64,000 nucleotides of DNA. Source: Candidatus Doudnabacteria bacterium RIFCSPHIGHO2_02_FULL_42_25 (lineage in GTDB: Bacteria > Patescibacteriota > Doudnabacteria > UBA920 > O2-02-FULL-48-8). The translations under genes and the position numbers were made by a program. This document shows positions 55,006 to 64,000 of this stretch, piece by piece (within the stretch, counting starts at the first letter, position 1; the number at the start of each line of letters is the position of its first letter). The notes below the pieces were generated by a model. That model was not told the origin of the DNA and searched no databases. It worked only from the letters and a program-made list of their open reading frames with translations. The stretch covers positions 11,258 through 75,257 of the forward strand of contig MFEQ01000003.1 in the NCBI GenBank assembly GCA_001777665.1, given 5' to 3'.

Positions 55006-55054
55006 AGCCGGGACCCCTGTGGAGCCCCGGCTTTTTTGCGTTGACTTCAACGCG
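55006..55054. terminator. bidirectional terminator at the pilin-array / high-GC island junction
   Basis: agccgggacccctgtggagccccggctttttt, plus a second small hairpin gcGTTGActTCAACgc. Confidence 0.7.
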
Positions 55055-56045
55055 AGGATGCTTCGCAGTCTTTCTTTACAGTTGACTGGTCGAACACTCG
55101 CTGTTCCTTGAAGTGGTCGTCAGTTATGACGATGGTCATGTGGCGACCACCGACGACCTCGTTCTCAGCCTGTGAGTACGCCCTCACTGGCCAAGTGTAG
55201 TAATGCCCATCGCTGATCCGAACGGCAGTCAGGTCTGCGTATTCGCCAGCGATTAGCGGTACTTTTTGATCGACGATACCGTCGATCTGGTTCGCCGCAC
55301 CGATGTAGCAACCCCGCAGGTAGATCTCGACACCTTTGGTCCTGCCCTGAGTCTTCAAGCCGCCGATCGTACCACGGTTCCTGACAGTTCTGGAGACCTC
55401 GGCGTAGAACGGGTCGACGTAGCCCACGGTTCCTGGCTGCATATAACCCACAGCTCCGTAGCCAACCGCAGCGGGGTAACCGATGCTGCCGTAGGCAAAT
55501 CGATTCTGTTTGGCCAGGAAACTCTCGCATCCGTAATCGCCGTAAAAGCAGGGATTATAACCCGGCAAACTCCGGCGACGTCGGTACATCTCGTCTGGAT
55601 CCATCTGCGGAGGCTGGATGGCAGCAGATCTTGCTTGAACTGCTGGACCTGACACGACAGGATTCGCGTTCTGAGTCGCTGTGACTTCTGGGACTGTTGC
55701 TTCCTGTAGGCTCCCCGGTTTGACTTTGCGAATGTAGGTAAGAGGTGGCTTCACCTCCACGTAGCACCCGATTCGACCCGCGACTTGCTTCAGCACCTCG
55801 TATACCGGGAAGTCATCGTAAGGCACGAGCGGCGGAACGATGCGCGATGCTTCACAGCCTGCGGTGTGAGCGACAATACCGATACGGCTGTTTGCGCCGT
55901 CACCCGAAAGCTCGGTCACGATCTCCCCGAACGTTTTCGATTTCGTGAGGTCGATGGTGACGCGCTCCTGCTGTGCCGCTGGAATCTGCGCGTAAACCGG
56001 CATTGCGAACGCCAGTGCGCTGAGAACGAAAAAGAAACACTTCAT
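55047..56045 (-). CDS. high-GC island gene 1: secreted hypothetical protein with GY-rich region
   Basis: SD ggagggg, ATG at 56045, signal peptide MKCFFFVLSALAFAMPVYAQ. Own promoter at 56113-56141. Confidence 0.55.
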   Translation of the reverse strand: MKCFFFVLSALAFAMPVYAQIPAAQQERVTIDLTKSKTFGEIVTELSGDGANSRIGIVAHTAGCEASRIVPPLVPYDDFPVYEVLKQVAGRIGCYVEVKPPLTYIRKVKPGSLQEATVPEVTATQNANPVVSGPAVQARSAAIQPPQMDPDEMYRRRRSLPGYNPCFYGDYGCESFLAKQNRFAYGSIGYPAAVGYGAVGYMQPGTVGYVDPFYAEVSRTVRNRGTIGGLKTQGRTKGVEIYLRGCYIGAANQIDGIVDQKVPLIAGEYADLTAVRISDGHYYTWPVRAYSQAENEVVGGRHMTIVITDDHFKEQRVFDQSTVKKDCEASSR

Positions 56046-56112
56046 TGTTTGCCCCTCCATTGAGGCTGTTAACGCATACTTCGTTGAGAGCTGGGCGGGA
56101 AATTTAATAAAA

Positions 56113-56141
56113 CAGTATAGCAAAAATAAGCAATTTTGTCA
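56113..56141 (-). promoter_or_regulatory. promoter TTGACA-17-TATACT in an AT-rich spacer inside the high-GC island
   Basis: Read on the - strand. Preceded by a terminator hairpin at 56196-56236 for the upstream operon. Confidence 0.45.
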
Positions 56142-56266
56142 ATAATAGCACGAAAATATTAGTTTGTAAGTAAAAAAAGACCGGCCTCTCTAAAGCGAGA
56201 AGCCGGGGCGACGCTACTAATGAGCGTCGAAAATACTCTTATTTGTTCATCCTCCTTGGATGCTAC

Positions 56267-57139
56267 CTAGTTGATTTTGACTAGCAGTTCGCCCGGGTGG
56301 GCTTTGCAGACGTCGGTAGAAAACGTCTGTCCTAACTGCGGGTTGTCAGGTGTGATCACGAACTTGCGCTTGCCGGAACCGATGAAGTAACCGCTTCCTT
56401 CGGCGCCGTCTAGCACGACTAACCCGTTGAACCACCCCTGAAAGTGTCCGCCCTCGTAGTACTTCGGTCCGACGCAAAGTACAGCGTCAGAGAACAGAGG
56501 GAAACCGGCTTCGCAGGAGTCGCCGTCCTCGTCGCAGAACCGGCCGATCGCTTGATTGAGTTTGCCGGTTTCTGGAGTCGGATTATCGAGTCCGCGTTCG
56601 TGCATCAGGACTGTTCGGTCCCGAGCATTGGGATTACGTATCCACGTAATTCCATCCGGACCAGATTCGTGGGTCGGGTAGTACTTCGGTCGAACCTTCC
56701 CAAAAACCTGGATCCTTGTCGGTACTCGGATCTCCCGAAGGTAAGCCCAGTCTGTATCGTCGGCTTCGACCTCGGTAGACAGATACGACTCGTCACGGTC
56801 GGCGGCGTGAGCGTCCCATGCTTTTTCGACACGGACTAGATCCCGTGATCGATTGGCAGATGGCCACAAAATCGCCAGTAGTTCGTTCGAGTTAGTGACC
56901 TTCCGCTGTCTTTCGGCACGTCTCACGATCTTTTCGCTCTCGTCGTTGAGCTGAAGAGCGTTGACATGGTGTTCGCGGCTGAGCTTGGTCTGCATCTCCT
57001 TCTGCGCTTCCCAGTACCGCGGGCGGTTACGTTGCTCGTAGTACTGATAAAGCGCGAAGCCGATGGCAATCACTGCGAGGACCTTCATGATCGCGCGCAA
57101 GTTGACAGAACTGGTTTTCTTTTTGTCTTCTCTCGCCAT
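56267..57139 (-). CDS. high-GC island gene 2: N-terminally membrane-anchored hypothetical protein
   Basis: SD gaggag, one TM helix (LAVIAIGFALYQYY), and a Cys-containing extracytoplasmic domain. Confidence 0.55.
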   Translation of the reverse strand: MAREDKKKTSSVNLRAIMKVLAVIAIGFALYQYYEQRNRPRYWEAQKEMQTKLSREHHVNALQLNDESEKIVRRAERQRKVTNSNELLAILWPSANRSRDLVRVEKAWDAHAADRDESYLSTEVEADDTDWAYLREIRVPTRIQVFGKVRPKYYPTHESGPDGITWIRNPNARDRTVLMHERGLDNPTPETGKLNQAIGRFCDEDGDSCEAGFPLFSDAVLCVGPKYYEGGHFQGWFNGLVVLDGAEGSGYFIGSGKRKFVITPDNPQLGQTFSTDVCKAHPGELLVKIN

Positions 57140-57149
57140 GTCAGTCTCC

Positions 57150-58181
57150 TCAGTGATGATGACTCGTGGACTTCATGGACCCCGCTAGAATGACAAGGCC
57201 TACCAGAAGAAGCAAAATCGGATGCTCTTCGAAGTAGTTTGTCCCTCGCGAGATCCAGCCTTCGGAGCTTTGATCTTCTTCAGGTTTGAGATCAGCCTTG
57301 ATCTCCTGGATCGCTTCCAGTTGCTGTTCGTCTTCAGCCGTCCAGGAATGACCGACTGGATCAAGTTTGTACTCGCGCTGTTTATTCAGCAGCTGGAGTT
57401 CTTGCTTGTCCACCCGTTCACGCCAGTACCGGTCGACGCCTTCCTTGGTTTCGATACTCTTCGCAGTCTGACGCTTTTCTGTCTGACTGTAGTGATACTT
57501 CGCCATGAGGTAGTCGTATGTTCCCGGTGCGATGGTCCGTACGGTCATTGGTCCCAGAAGGAACAGCGCGTATACGGTAACTGCGTATCCGAGCCGTCGC
57601 CGCCATTTCTTGATGTCGACGAAGTCCTCTGTAGCGACGAAGAAGAGGATCATCGTTGTGATCATCACCGTTGCGGAGAACCAGTCGTTCTCCCACACCG
57701 GGAAGATCCCACACACCATCAGGAAGACTTCCGACCACATGAAGATGGTCGAAATCAGATGGAACGCGATTCCACTGATGTACTTCTCGTGCCACAGGAC
57801 TTCCTGACTGCCTGCGTGCACTTCAGCGTGTACTTCCGGAGGCTGACCCACGATGTTGCGGAGCCAGTTCGGAATTACTTCGTTTACTCGACGCCATATC
57901 CCAATAAAGAGATCGACGCCGAGGAGAGGAACCGCGATCTTGCGCGAGACGTAGAGGTAAATCAGGTACCCGGTGAAAATTCCAATGCGGGCCGGGGTAT
58001 TACTCCCCAGGACCCGAGTGGCTGCTGCGAACACCACGATGTTCGCGATCATCAGGATCACGGCGATTTGCACGTCGCGAACCTGATCGCCGAACCAAAC
58101 CCTGAACTCGGTCATTCGGAGCCGGCCAATTCGCGCCCGCTCCTGAAGGTTCTCCCACAGTGCTTCGAACATCTCGAACAT
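57150..58181 (-). CDS. high-GC island gene 3: polytopic membrane protein (about 6 TM), His-rich C-terminus
   Basis: SD aagagga and multiple hydrophobic helices. Confidence 0.55.
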   Translation of the reverse strand: MFEMFEALWENLQERARIGRLRMTEFRVWFGDQVRDVQIAVILMIANIVVFAAATRVLGSNTPARIGIFTGYLIYLYVSRKIAVPLLGVDLFIGIWRRVNEVIPNWLRNIVGQPPEVHAEVHAGSQEVLWHEKYISGIAFHLISTIFMWSEVFLMVCGIFPVWENDWFSATVMITTMILFFVATEDFVDIKKWRRRLGYAVTVYALFLLGPMTVRTIAPGTYDYLMAKYHYSQTEKRQTAKSIETKEGVDRYWRERVDKQELQLLNKQREYKLDPVGHSWTAEDEQQLEAIQEIKADLKPEEDQSSEGWISRGTNYFEEHPILLLLVGLVILAGSMKSTSHHH

Positions 58182-58199
58182 TGCAGTAATCCTCTTAGG

Positions 58200-59084
58200 T
58201 TAACGGGAACGAATCCCGAAGTTGAAGTGAAAGCGCCGACGCGGCCGCTTGAGTTTCGTGACCTTGGTCACCCGATCCGTCTTCGCCGCTTCATGTACCC
58301 GGACTATCTCGACCTGGCTGTCAATGCGGTGTCTGCAGAGATCGTATTGACGCTTCTCCGCTCGCTCTTCACGCCGCAGTGCCCGCCATTCGCGGAATCG
58401 AGCCCAGCGCTGCTCCCACCAATTACTCAGTGAAGTCATGAGGTTGCGGTTGGCTCTGTGCTGTTTTGCAGCCAATTTTTGTTCGAGACCTTCCCGAACT
58501 CCACGCAGTCGCAGCGTGTCCTGTCGAACGCTCTGGGTAGCCTCGGTCAGTGCTTTCTGACCGTCTTTCTGGAGCCACTTCAGGAACGTCTGCCACGTCG
58601 TCTCCACTTTTGACTGATCGAGGTTCATGACATGCGCCCAGCGATCCCATTCGTCATCTGTCATGCGAGCATCCTTCTCGAGAGTATTCGCGATTTTCTC
58701 GGGAGTATCTTGCATGACAGTAATCCGATACCAGTCAGACTGCTCCGATGTGAGCTTAGCGAGGCGTTTCGACAACCTGGTGCGGTCGTTGTCTTCGAGG
58801 AGGTTCCTTGCGTCGTTGAAGCGTCGCTCGTCCTCGCTCTTCACGCCCCAGATCCGCAGCCCGATGTAGTCCGCTGCGGTTGCACTGATCTTTTCGCCGG
58901 TTTTCTCGGCGAAAGATCCGAGGAGCTTGTTTAGAATCGAAACGCCGCTCGCGGCCAGGAGCTTGACTATTGACGCGACGCCGATCGCGGAGGTGGCCGT
59001 ACCGAGGTGCTTCAGGAACTCGAATCCGTCGGCGCCTCCATGGTCCTTCGGTTTTTCTTGCGGTGTGTCTGCCATCTGTCTCAT
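58200..59084 (-). CDS. high-GC island gene 4: hypothetical protein (coiled-coil rich, Arg-rich C-terminus)
   Basis: ATGA start/stop overlap with gene 5. Confidence 0.55.
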   Translation of the reverse strand: MRQMADTPQEKPKDHGGADGFEFLKHLGTATSAIGVASIVKLLAASGVSILNKLLGSFAEKTGEKISATAADYIGLRIWGVKSEDERRFNDARNLLEDNDRTRLSKRLAKLTSEQSDWYRITVMQDTPEKIANTLEKDARMTDDEWDRWAHVMNLDQSKVETTWQTFLKWLQKDGQKALTEATQSVRQDTLRLRGVREGLEQKLAAKQHRANRNLMTSLSNWWEQRWARFREWRALRREERAEKRQYDLCRHRIDSQVEIVRVHEAAKTDRVTKVTKLKRPRRRFHFNFGIRSR

Positions 59085-59836
59085 GCCTCTTTGAGTAAAG
59101 TCTTCTTCACCAGCTCGTTGCTCTCCTCGTGGAGGAAAGAGCAGTACGCATCAGCTGTCAGGAGCTGGATATGAAGAGTGAGTTTGCCGTTGTCGAGAGT
59201 TTCGAACCCTTTTTCGCCGTCATACACCTCGTCATATCCACGCACCTTGAATTTCTGACCGGCGTTGATAGACACCGTCCCTTGCTCTGGCTTGCCGGTC
59301 TCGTCCTTACAAATGAACGTGACCGGATTCCAGTTGTCCAGGGACAGAGGATGGGGGATGACTTCGAATCGCTTCTTGTCGTCCTTCTTCGTCGTCGGTT
59401 CCGCCACGGGAGTGAACTTGCCCGTCGTGGGCAGAGGTTTGGTATCCTCCCAGCTGTAGACGCCGTGCACGGCAGTGATGTGCGTGAACTTCTCGTGTGC
59501 TGTCGTCAACGGGAATTTTCCCGCTGCGATGCCGCGCTCGTCGGTTTCGAGCACCCAGACACTCTTGCTCCCATCAGCTGCAGTCTTCTCGATCTGCTTC
59601 TGACGTTTCTGGGTATCGGCACCGAGCCAGAACCAGAGTTGTTCGCCTTTGATGGCTTTGCCGTCCTTCGTGATTCTGACAGAGAGTTCGACTGCTTCGC
59701 GCTTACCTCCGCACTCGAATTCGTACTTGAAGACGGGTGCCTTCGGTCGCTTGTCCTGTTGCTTCCCGCGATCTTGCTGACCGCGGTTTCTGTTCTGATC
59801 GCGCTGTCCTCCAGTGCGACCTTGGTCTCTTGCCAT
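59081..59836 (-). CDS. high-GC island gene 5: hypothetical protein with low-complexity N-terminus
   Basis: SD ggaaggag. First gene of the five-gene minus-strand operon. Confidence 0.55.
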   Translation of the reverse strand: MARDQGRTGGQRDQNRNRGQQDRGKQQDKRPKAPVFKYEFECGGKREAVELSVRITKDGKAIKGEQLWFWLGADTQKRQKQIEKTAADGSKSVWVLETDERGIAAGKFPLTTAHEKFTHITAVHGVYSWEDTKPLPTTGKFTPVAEPTTKKDDKKRFEVIPHPLSLDNWNPVTFICKDETGKPEQGTVSINAGQKFKVRGYDEVYDGEKGFETLDNGKLTLHIQLLTADAYCSFLHEESNELVKKTLLKEA

Positions 59837-60029
59837 GTCTGCTCCTTCCGCATTTAGCGGGAATTTGATGTTGATTTTTCTGTGAGACTACCTGATACCA
59901 ACCACACTTTCGTGTAGCCGATCTCAAACAATCTCGTGTACAAACCTAGGTTGTCAAAGGACTCTCATGTCCAAATGCCATATATGTGGCGGGCAGACAT
60001 GATTAACGTCAAATGATAGCAGATTTTGG

Positions 60030-60091
60030 CCATTTTGTCAATAGTTAGCGTTATCTGAAAGGTTGACAAAATGGGCTGTTTTTGCTACTAT
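60030..60091. promoter_or_regulatory. symmetric divergent promoters: CCATTTTGTCAA ... TTGACAAAATGG with -10 TACTAT (+ strand) and TATCAT (- strand)
   Basis: Both -35 hexamers lie in the arms of a 12-bp perfect inverted repeat (60030-60041 and 60063-60074). Confidence 0.5.
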
Positions 60092-60154
60092 TTGGGGTCG
60101 CAAGTTGGGAATGAGCCTGACTGCGCGTTCGTCCACAAATCACAGGGGGAAATA

Positions 60155-61585
60155 ATGCTGCCAACTCGAATTAAGGTTCTCTGGTTGACGGCGGCGGAAA
60201 TTATAGCGATGGCCGCAGGAAAACCCTCTGGGGTTTTCTGGGGTGTAGTCACTCACACTTCGCCACACCTCGACGAACTATGGGGCGTATTCCAACTTCG
60301 GCACTGGGGAGAACATCGATTCCCCGGAATCTGTAGTCCGGATTTCGTGCTCGTGCTCCTCATGGATCCGGATAGCATCACTTGGCAAGAACTCTCTGCG
60401 CTCGGTCTCATTCCCGTCGGTATCGGGGGAAAAGAAAATCCCTTCGATGAGCATGGTCTCGTAGACGAAGATGGCGAACGAGTCGAGACTTGCGCTGCGA
60501 TGTTAATCGAGCGTGGTCACCGGCCTCGGTATAAGAAAGACCCGGGTGGTTACAAGGCCTGGTTTCAGGATGCAATGAAACGCGGACTGGATCTTCTCAA
60601 TCGCGTGAAGTTCTTCCGGAGACTCTATCCGAACGCCCAGGTTTACATCCATGCCATCGACACAATCACCAAGTACGTCCGACAGGGTGATCTCAATCGG
60701 ACCGAAGACAAGCACGCGGCCGGCAATGACGTGAAGGACCGATGGTCCGTATACGAGGACTTGGCGCGTAAGAAGCTTCGTCTACCGAAGGACATGACTC
60801 CGCTGGCGGAATTTATTCCAAAGGACGAGCGAGAAGCCTTAAACGTCCTTGGAACACGCGTCGTCAATGACACATTCAGGGACCTTTGGCTTTACTTGGC
60901 TCGGGGAATATCGTTCGCAGATTGCATTCGCCGAGTTAAGGACAACCCCCCGGAGAAGCGCAAGTTCTACATCGAAGGTATCAAGCCTCCGATGTGGCTG
61001 AAGATTATTCGGGAGCATCATCCGCTTGCGAATTTGCGTGAAGTTCCTCCCGTGCTTCGACATCTCGGTGCGGACTGGACATATAAGCGGAACGCCTCGG
61101 GCCACATCCACATCGGCTTCCCCGACTACGTCATTAAGATCGTCGAGGAAGACGAGATTGACTCGGAAATGACGACGACAGAAGAGGAGTACGTTAGTCG
61201 GACACGCATCAAGGTCAAGTTCTTCATCCAGAACGTTCTCCGGGCCTTGCGACGTCTGGAGAAAGTTAAGTTCGGGAAGAATTGGACTGAAGAAGAAATG
61301 GGACGACCTCAGCTCGAAGGTTCGCTGTTTTCGACACCGAACCTAGAGGCTGGATTCATCCTGTGGGGTTCGACTTTCGCCGGGCAAGGAACCATAGCTT
61401 GTCCGTTTGAAGATGATGATCTGATCCAGCTCCTCATCGACAACATCGAGGGCGAGATCGTCGAGTCGCGCGAACTCCATCACGCCAAGAAACTCGCAAG
61501 GGAGGAGGACGAAGTAAGGCAGCAGATCGCGATAACCGCAGTGACTTCACTGGCAGATATGCCAGTGGACGTAACTGTCGGCTAA
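60155..61585 (+). CDS. high-GC island gene 6: cytoplasmic hypothetical protein (476 aa)
   Basis: SD aggggga plus ATG 60155. The longer ORF-track frame begins inside the promoter. Confidence 0.55.
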   Translation: MLPTRIKVLWLTAAEIIAMAAGKPSGVFWGVVTHTSPHLDELWGVFQLRHWGEHRFPGICSPDFVLVLLMDPDSITWQELSALGLIPVGIGGKENPFDEHGLVDEDGERVETCAAMLIERGHRPRYKKDPGGYKAWFQDAMKRGLDLLNRVKFFRRLYPNAQVYIHAIDTITKYVRQGDLNRTEDKHAAGNDVKDRWSVYEDLARKKLRLPKDMTPLAEFIPKDEREALNVLGTRVVNDTFRDLWLYLARGISFADCIRRVKDNPPEKRKFYIEGIKPPMWLKIIREHHPLANLREVPPVLRHLGADWTYKRNASGHIHIGFPDYVIKIVEEDEIDSEMTTTEEEYVSRTRIKVKFFIQNVLRALRRLEKVKFGKNWTEEEMGRPQLEGSLFSTPNLEAGFILWGSTFAGQGTIACPFEDDDLIQLLIDNIEGEIVESRELHHAKKLAREEDEVRQQIAITAVTSLADMPVDVTVG

Positions 61586-61591
61586 GTCGAT

Positions 61592-61643
61592 GGCCCGAGA
61601 TTCTGTTTCCCCGCAAGGGAGCAGTTCTCGGGCCTCGTTTTTA
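61592..61643 (+). terminator. GC-rich intrinsic terminator closing the island (GGCCCGAGA...TCTCGGGCC tcgttttta)
   Basis: 9-bp perfect stem plus a T-run. Confidence 0.75.
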
Positions 61644-61675
61644 TATATTGGATATTTTGATACAATACCTTACAT

Positions 61676-61762
61676 GCCGGGGTGGCGAAACTGGCAGACG
61701 CATCAGCTTTAGGAGCTGACGGAAGAAATTCCATGCAGGTTCAATTCCTGTCCCCGGCACCA
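61676..61762 (+). tRNA. tRNA-Leu(TAG), type II
   Basis: GCCGGGG/CCCCGGC acceptor, discriminator A, CCA. Anticodon loop TTTAGGA. Long variable arm. T-arm CAGGTTCAATTCCTG. Confidence 0.85.
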
Positions 61763-61929
61763 CTGCTTCGCTCCTAATCGGAGCTTCGCAGTGCAAGCAC
61801 GTTCTTGCATTGGGAGCGAAGCAGTGTCCTCCGAAGCTTTAGCGAAGGAGGGCATTATTGGTCAAGTTCACTGGTTGACATAAACAGCGCTTTCTCGTAA
61901 AATTTATAGGCATTAGGAAAGAATAAACT

Positions 61930-63825
61930 ATGAACAAGTTCTTCAGAAATCTATTTATAATTCTCGCGATCTTTTTAGTGGTTTCGGGAATTTTCATGTT
62001 ATTTAGTGGGGAAAAAGAGCCACAAAACGAAGTGACCTTGGGCAAATTGGCTGATGAAGTCATAGCGTCCCAAGTTAGTAAAATCGAAGTTGCTGACAAT
62101 AACCTGACCATTTATCTGAAAGATGGAACCAAGCAAGTTTCCACGAAAGAGCAGGAAGCCGCCTTGTCTGATACTTTGAGGAATAATTATTCAGTGGATC
62201 CCGCCAAAATCAAAGAAGCGAACATTGTTTCTGTGGACTCTGGTTCGTCTTCGATTTTTGTCTCGACGATTTTACCATTTGTCATTCCATTTTTGTTTAT
62301 TGCCGCTTTCATTTGGTTCCTTATGCGACAAGTTCAGGGTTCGAACAACCGAGCAATGTCGTTTGGCCAATCCGGAGCCAAACTCATGGAGCAGTCTGAT
62401 CGGCGCAAGCGAATAACGTTTGGAGATGTAGCTGGGATTAAAGAAGCAAAAGAAGAATTAAAAGAAATTGTGGAATTTTTACGATTTCCTCAAAAGTTTT
62501 TCTCTTTGGGTGCCAGGATTCCGAAAGGAGTATTATTGCTGGGTCCACCAGGAGTGGGAAAAACATTAGTGGCTCGGGCTGTAGCTGGAGAAGCGAATGT
62601 TCCGTTTTTTCATATTTCTGGTTCCGAATTCGTCGAGATGTTTGTCGGAGTTGGTGCTTCTCGAGTCCGTGATCTATTTAAACGAGCCAAGAAAAATGCT
62701 CCTTGCATTATTTTTATAGATGAAATTGATGCAGTCGGACGACAGCGTGGAGCGGGGTTAGGTGGCTCCCACGATGAACGAGAACAAACATTAAACCAAA
62801 TTTTGGTAGAAATGGATGGATTTGAAAATGAAACTAATGTCATTGTCATTGCCGCCACCAACCGCCCAGATGTATTAGATCCAGCCTTACTCCGTCCGGG
62901 TAGGTTTGATCGTCAAGTAATTCTCGATCAACCAGATATTAATGACCGCGAAGCGATTCTCAAAATCCATGGAAAAAATAAGCCATGGGCGAAAGATGTA
63001 AATATTCGGAAAATTGCTGAACGAACCCCTGGATTTTCAGGGGCAGATTTGGCGAATTTGATAAACGAAGCTGCAATTTTGGCTGCACGCCGTAATCTCA
63101 AAGAAGTTACACAGTCAGAATTAACTCAGGCCATAGAAAAGGTCATGCTCGGTCCTGAACGCAAGAGCCATCTCTTAACCAAGAAAGAAAAAGAAATTGT
63201 GGCCTGGCACGAAGCGGGGCACGCTTTAGTTGCGACAGTGCTCGATCACGCTGATCCAGTTCACAAAGTCTCGATTGTTTCTCGGGGGCGCGCCGGAGGT
63301 TTTACGATGAAGTTACCGACCGAGGATAAGAACTTACACTCCAAATCAGAATTCTTAGCTGATATCGCGGTGTCATTGGGTGGGTATGCCACAGAGCAGA
63401 TGATTTTCAACGAATTAACCACTGGCGCTTCCAATGATTTGAAAGTCGCGACAGCTCTGGCCCGGAAACTGATTACTAGTTATGGTATGTCAGAAACTTT
63501 AGGCCCCATGACCTTTGGCGATACTCACGAAATGGTTTTTCTGGGACGGGAAATTTCCGAATCAAAAAATTATTCGGAAAAAGTTGCTGCGAAAATTGAC
63601 GAAGAAGTATCTGGAATTATCGAAAGAGCCCACCGCACCGCTACTGACATCCTCAAAAAGTATCGCAAACATCTCACTGCTATCGCTCACACTTTGATGA
63701 AACAAGAAACTCTGGAACGGGATGAGTTCGAAACTTTGGTTGCGGATATAATTCCCAAACATAAGATTGGGAAAAAAGAAGAAATTTCATTACCGTCAGA
63801 TATTACCGCCACGGCCACAGCTTAA
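61930..63825 (+). CDS. ftsH: ATP-dependent zinc metalloprotease FtsH
   Basis: Walker [12 protein letters not shown] region, and HEAGHAL zinc-binding motif. Confidence 0.95.
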   Translation: MNKFFRNLFIILAIFLVVSGIFMLFSGEKEPQNEVTLGKLADEVIASQVSKIEVADNNLTIYLKDGTKQVSTKEQEAALSDTLRNNYSVDPAKIKEANIVSVDSGSSSIFVSTILPFVIPFLFIAAFIWFLMRQVQGSNNRAMSFGQSGAKLMEQSDRRKRITFGDVAGIKEAKEELKEIVEFLRFPQKFFSLGARIPKGVLLLGPPGVGKTLVARAVAGEANVPFFHISGSEFVEMFVGVGASRVRDLFKRAKKNAPCIIFIDEIDAVGRQRGAGLGGSHDEREQTLNQILVEMDGFENETNVIVIAATNRPDVLDPALLRPGRFDRQVILDQPDINDREAILKIHGKNKPWAKDVNIRKIAERTPGFSGADLANLINEAAILAARRNLKEVTQSELTQAIEKVMLGPERKSHLLTKKEKEIVAWHEAGHALVATVLDHADPVHKVSIVSRGRAGGFTMKLPTEDKNLHSKSEFLADIAVSLGGYATEQMIFNELTTGASNDLKVATALARKLITSYGMSETLGPMTFGDTHEMVFLGREISESKNYSEKVAAKIDEEVSGIIERAHRTATDILKKYRKHLTAIAHTLMKQETLERDEFETLVADIIPKHKIGKKEEISLPSDITATATA

Positions 63826-63828
63826 ATA

Positions 63829-64000
63829 ATGATTCCGTACGCTAAAATTTTTAGACAGGCTATTGAGATTACACGAAATAATAAATTCTTGTGGATCTTT
63901 GGCCCGCCCGCCATCGCAAGCCTGATTATAAGTCTTAAACTTGCTCAGGCGTTGCGGGCGGGCCTGTTTTTAAGTTTAGCGACGACATTTATCGTTCCAG
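63829..64000 (+). CDS. hypothetical membrane protein (3' partial at window end)
   Basis: ATG 63829, open to the window end. Hydrophobic, and contains an 11-bp GC inverted repeat. Confidence 0.35.
   Translation, partial: MIPYAKIFRQAIEITRNNKFLWIFGPPAIASLIISLKLAQALRAGLFLSLATTFIVP

Noticed and set aside
55165-59927. Numerous overlapping ORFs on both strands within the high-GC island
   Set aside because: High GC suppresses stop codons in all frames. Only the six frames with SD sites, signal/TM logic and operon coupling were kept.
60030-60074. 12-bp inverted repeat as a dedicated repressor operator
   Set aside because: The arms are largely explained as two back-to-back -35 hexamers (TTGACA) of divergent promoters. 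An operator role is possible but not required.
55006-61762. Integrase or att-site duplication marking the island as an integrative element at tRNA-Leu
   Set aside because: No integrase or recombinase ORF is present. Only a 7-nt CCCCGGC match exists between the tRNA 3' end and the left boundary. The island lies on the 5' side of the tRNA.
1-64000. CRISPR array, rRNA, tmRNA, RNase P or SRP RNA
   Set aside because: No regularly spaced direct repeats. No tRNA-like tmRNA ends (GGGG...CCACCA with TTCGA T-arm plus resume codon). No AGGAAAGTCCGG (RNase P) or GGTGCTGTTT/AGGAAG (SRP) blocks were found by eye.

Overview
This 64 kb window is AT-rich (well under 40% GC by eye; I did not compute it) and reads with the standard genetic code: gyrA, ftsK, infB and ftsH are all intact. 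The gene content looks like a reduced-genome, CPR/Patescibacteria-like bacterium. That placement rests on the small TrbC/VirB2-like pilin paralogs, the many tRNAs, a group I intron in a tRNA, LAGLIDADG-like and ORF6N genes, TrmB regulators, O-antigen-ligase-like membrane proteins, and the absence of biosynthetic operons. It is an inference.

Recognisable housekeeping genes:
- yidC (C-terminal fragment) and jag
- a class A PBP and a Mur ligase
- tyrS, ruvC, yebC-like, gyrA, rpsA, rnhB
- infB-rbfA, a DHH phosphoesterase, ftsK, recA, lspA
- a ROK kinase, comM/yifB, lexA, galU, ftsH

Thirteen tRNA genes are present. One is a tRNA-Phe(GAA) split by a 212-nt group I intron with clear similarity to Azoarcus-type (IC3) introns. 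Beside it sits a free-standing LAGLIDADG-like ORF. There is also a rare tRNA-Ile(UAU).

Accessory content:
- A REP-flanked IS200/RAYT-type Y1 transposase, with a third REP copy 46 kb away.
- Several short palindromic repeat families.
- A RelE/ParE-AbrB toxin-antitoxin pair, a MazF-like toxin, and a RhuM-Doc fusion.
- A KGG-type small stress ORF with its own terminator.
- Tandem C39-like cysteine peptidases.
- A tandem array of five TrbC/VirB2-like pilin genes (six pilin modules).
- A sharply bounded, roughly 6.6 kb island of six high-GC hypothetical genes lying between the pilin array and tRNA-Leu(TAG).

Three further single-gene high-GC inserts occur elsewhere. No CRISPR array, rRNA, tmRNA, RNase P RNA or integrase was recognised. 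All calls come from reading the sequence by eye and from motif memory, with no database searches.
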